A stretch of 63,530 bases of DNA, the filler included, from Octopus bimaculoides (Eukaryota): the NCBI RefSeq assembly GCF_001194135.2. It is 6 parts of 5 records of this genome, joined end to end, with 100 filler letters (N's around TTAATTAATTAA, not from the genome) between each part and the next. Parts side by side here need not be neighbours in the genome. Positions count along the whole stretch, not along the records: positions 57,493 to 61,427 come from NC_068987.1; positions 61,528 to 63,530 come from NW_026309268.1; 4 more parts are not named here. One strand, given 5' to 3'. Under the pieces are notes generated by a model. It worked only from the letters and a program-made list of their open reading frames with translations, did no database searches and had not been told where the DNA came from. Made by a program: the position numbers and the translations under genes. Below, piece by piece: positions 60,371-63,530 of this stretch. The stretch's first letter is position 1, and each line of letters starts with the position of its first letter.

Positions 60371-61527
60371 TTGCGATAAAGAAAATGTTTGAGAGAGTAC
60401 GTTTGAGAGAAGGAGAGAATATGTGTCGACATGAGAGAGGATGCGTGTGTTGAGAGAGAGAGGGGGGAGAGAAAGAGGGAGAGAGAGAAAGAAAATGTTT
60501 CAGATTGAAAGAGAATGTGTGTGACTGCAAGAAGAAAAGAGAGAATATGTGTATATGAGAGAGAGGAAGAGGTATGCAGATTGACTAAGAAAACAAGGAA
60601 CCCCTTTATGTGGTTGTTTGGCTACTAGATATCGTAGCAAAGTCAGCCTTCTGTAACACACTGAAGTCATAGATACAGAATGCCTGCCGACGAATGGAGC
60701 GCCTTTGGTCAGGGCTGACTTGTGGCTGGATCAGAGCTGACTTACAGAAACATCAAGAACAAGAATCATAATAAACGAATAGAGGAAGCGAGAGAGGGAG
60801 AGAGAGGGAGCGAGAGACCGGCAGACAAACAGAAAGAAGAGGTGGACTGTCAGACATATTGACAGAAAGACGTACAAAAAGACAGAGACAGGGAAACAGA
60901 GAGAAGGAGGTTGGTAGTTAATCACAGCGAGAGAAAGGTAAAGAAAGAGACACAGAGAGAGAGAAACAGAGAAAAAGGTGGGCTGGAGACAAACAGACAG
61001 ACATGGGTGGAAGATGGGAAACAAAAAAAAAAGTGAGAGATACGAAATGAGTGACAGGCAGACGATGAGACGTGTGAGAGAGAGAGAGAAAAGGAAACAA
61101 AGACGGAGACAGTGGCAGTGATTGAGAAGGAAAGGGAGTTATCGAGAGAGGAAGAGCGAGTGGGATGAAGAAAGAGGAGTATAATACAAAGGAGAAAGGA
61201 TGAGAGTTAAAAGAAGAGTGACTACGAGAAAAAAAAAGGAATAAAGTTTCCGTGAGACAGCGACCAGAGGCCAATGAAAGGATATAAAGCCGGCAGTTGG
61301 AGACGAATATATTGAGACGCACGAAGTCGAGGACTCTGTCGGTCCGTTTGGCAAAACGTATGTCACTGAGAGACTATTGCTGTATATATACATATATATA
61401 ATTATGTATATATATATATATATATATNNNNNNNNNNNNNNNNNNNNNNNNNNNNNNNNNNNNNNNNNNNNTTAATTAATTAANNNNNNNNNNNNNNNNN
61501 NNNNNNNNNNNNNNNNNNNNNNNNNNN

Positions 61528-61560
<33 letters not shown>

Positions 61561-61573
61561 GTATATATATGTG

Positions 61574-61628
<55 letters not shown>

Positions 61629-61867
61629 TTACACATACACATGTAAGTTTATAGGCATAGCCACCAATGCAACTAGCCACCTTAGATTTATTATGCATTC
61701 AAAGACTAACACACACTCTCACAATCACGCACGCGCACACACAATATGTGTAATATGGTCAAACTGCTTTACAAACACAGATTTCCTTTCATTCAAAATA
61801 CATTAACATATTGGGTGCAGATGAACCAGATACTGCTTCTCCTCCTCTTCTTCTTCTTCTACTTCTA

Positions 61868-62215
<348 letters not shown>

Positions 62216-62399
62216 ACCATTTCTGTGTGCGGTGGTTGGCAGAACCTTTTAAAGCGCAGATAGAATATCTTGCAGTGTTTAATTGTGGTCCTTCATATCC
62301 CGCGTTCGAATTTAGCCGGCGCCAACTCTGCTGTCTTTAGTCCCAGAATCGAAAAAATATTGTACCGAATCTTTAAAATTGTAGGGTTTGTGACGAAAA

Positions 62400-62770
62400 A
62401 TGACAATGGCGACGAAGACAACGATGAAATCAACGATGATGGTGATGATGACAATGATGAGACGATGGTGGTGGTCGTGGTCGTGGTGATGATGATGATT
62501 ATGCTGGTCGGGGTGATGACAATCATCATCATCATTGTCATCATCGTCATCACCACTTATTGTTGCTGGTCGTATTGTTCTTGTAGTTGTTGTTATTCGT
62601 GATGGCGATGACAGCTACGATTGTCATGATAATGATGATGATGATGATGATGATGATGACGATGAAGAGGCGGCGGTTGATGATGAAACAGGCGTGATGC
62701 TGATGCTGATGGTGGTGCTGTTGGTGGTGATGATGATGATGATGGTGATGGTGATAGTGATAGTGACATT
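62400..62770. repeat. Compound (GAT/GGT/GAC) trinucleotide field
   Basis: Direct reading. Confidence 0.9.
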
Positions 62771-63530
62771 GTTGATGCAGACGAAAGATGTGCTTATTTT
62801 TTCATTGCTTTCATCTGGTTGGTTGTCAAAGCCTATTCAGTCCACCCCCTCTCTCTCTCTCTGTCTCTCTCTCTCTGTCTCTCTCTCTCTGTCTCTCTCT
62901 CTGTCTCTCTGTCTCTCTATCTCTATCTCTCTCTCTCCCTCTTTCTCCCTGTCTGTTCCTCCGAATTCCTTACCCACGACATCTGCATATGATTTTAAAA
63001 TAAATAAATAAATAAATGTATAGTACGAAAAACAACAACAACAATTACATACNNNNNNNNNNNNNNNNNNNNNNNNNNNNNNNNNNNNNNNNCTCGTCTC
63101 CACCAAAATAACCCTCACCCTACCCCCCACAAAACAGCAACAGCGATAACAACAACTCGAAAAGTTGCCACTCAACGAAATCGAGGCTCCTGGACGCCAT
63201 CATGTCGAAACTATTAAAATGTGGTTTCAGATATTCAAACACGTTGCTTCTCTCTTTCTATGTCTTACACTTTCTCCTCCCCCCATCTCTCTCTGTCACT
63301 GATTCTCTTCCTGTCTCTCTCTCTCTCTCTCTTTTTCTATCTCCCACCGTCTTTGTCTGTCTATCTGTCTATCTGTCTTCCTCTGTAACTCTTACTTTTT
63401 CTCTCTCTATTTCTGTCGGTGTCTCTCTCTGTCCTCAGTAAATGTAGGACAACATATGACTCTAGCTTCATATTATTGTTTTCATATGAATCCCTGTGTC
63501 CCTGTGTATGTGTGTATATACCCCCCCCCC

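Overview
Eukaryotic, AT-rich, repeat-saturated draft-assembly DNA with many N gaps. It is most likely an octopus or other coleoid cephalopod; this is inferred from microsatellite density, the tRNA-SINE and RTE families, and a mollusc-type 5S sequence. Only one host exon is confidently recognisable: coding exon 1 of a Death-associated protein 1 (DAP/DAP1) homolog at 29568-29622 (+), MSSSVDSKMDLKAGHPPA, ending at a phase-1 GT donor. No exon 2 was found in the remaining ~34 kb. A weakly supported antisense transcription unit may run from ~53.5 kb to ~48 kb. The rest is mobile DNA and simple repeats: several tRNA-head SINE families, many RTE-LINE 3' ends, decayed CR1/L2-like and Penelope-like fragments, decayed mariner, hAT and Tc1/IS630-like transposases, MITEs with intact target-site duplications, a Helitron-like end and a 5S rRNA pseudogene. 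The three most notable observations are: (i) a tRNA-head SINE-like element carrying a minimal type-I hammerhead-ribozyme motif (two decayed copies, plus other hammerhead-like motifs); (ii) a MITE with an 8-bp TSD whose centre is a perfect 52-bp (CCCTAA)4/(TTAGGG)4 telomeric palindrome; (iii) a 5S pseudogene abutting a tRNA-SINE in the same orientation. All alignments, translations and folds were done by eye; repeat boundaries are approximate to ~10-20 bp.
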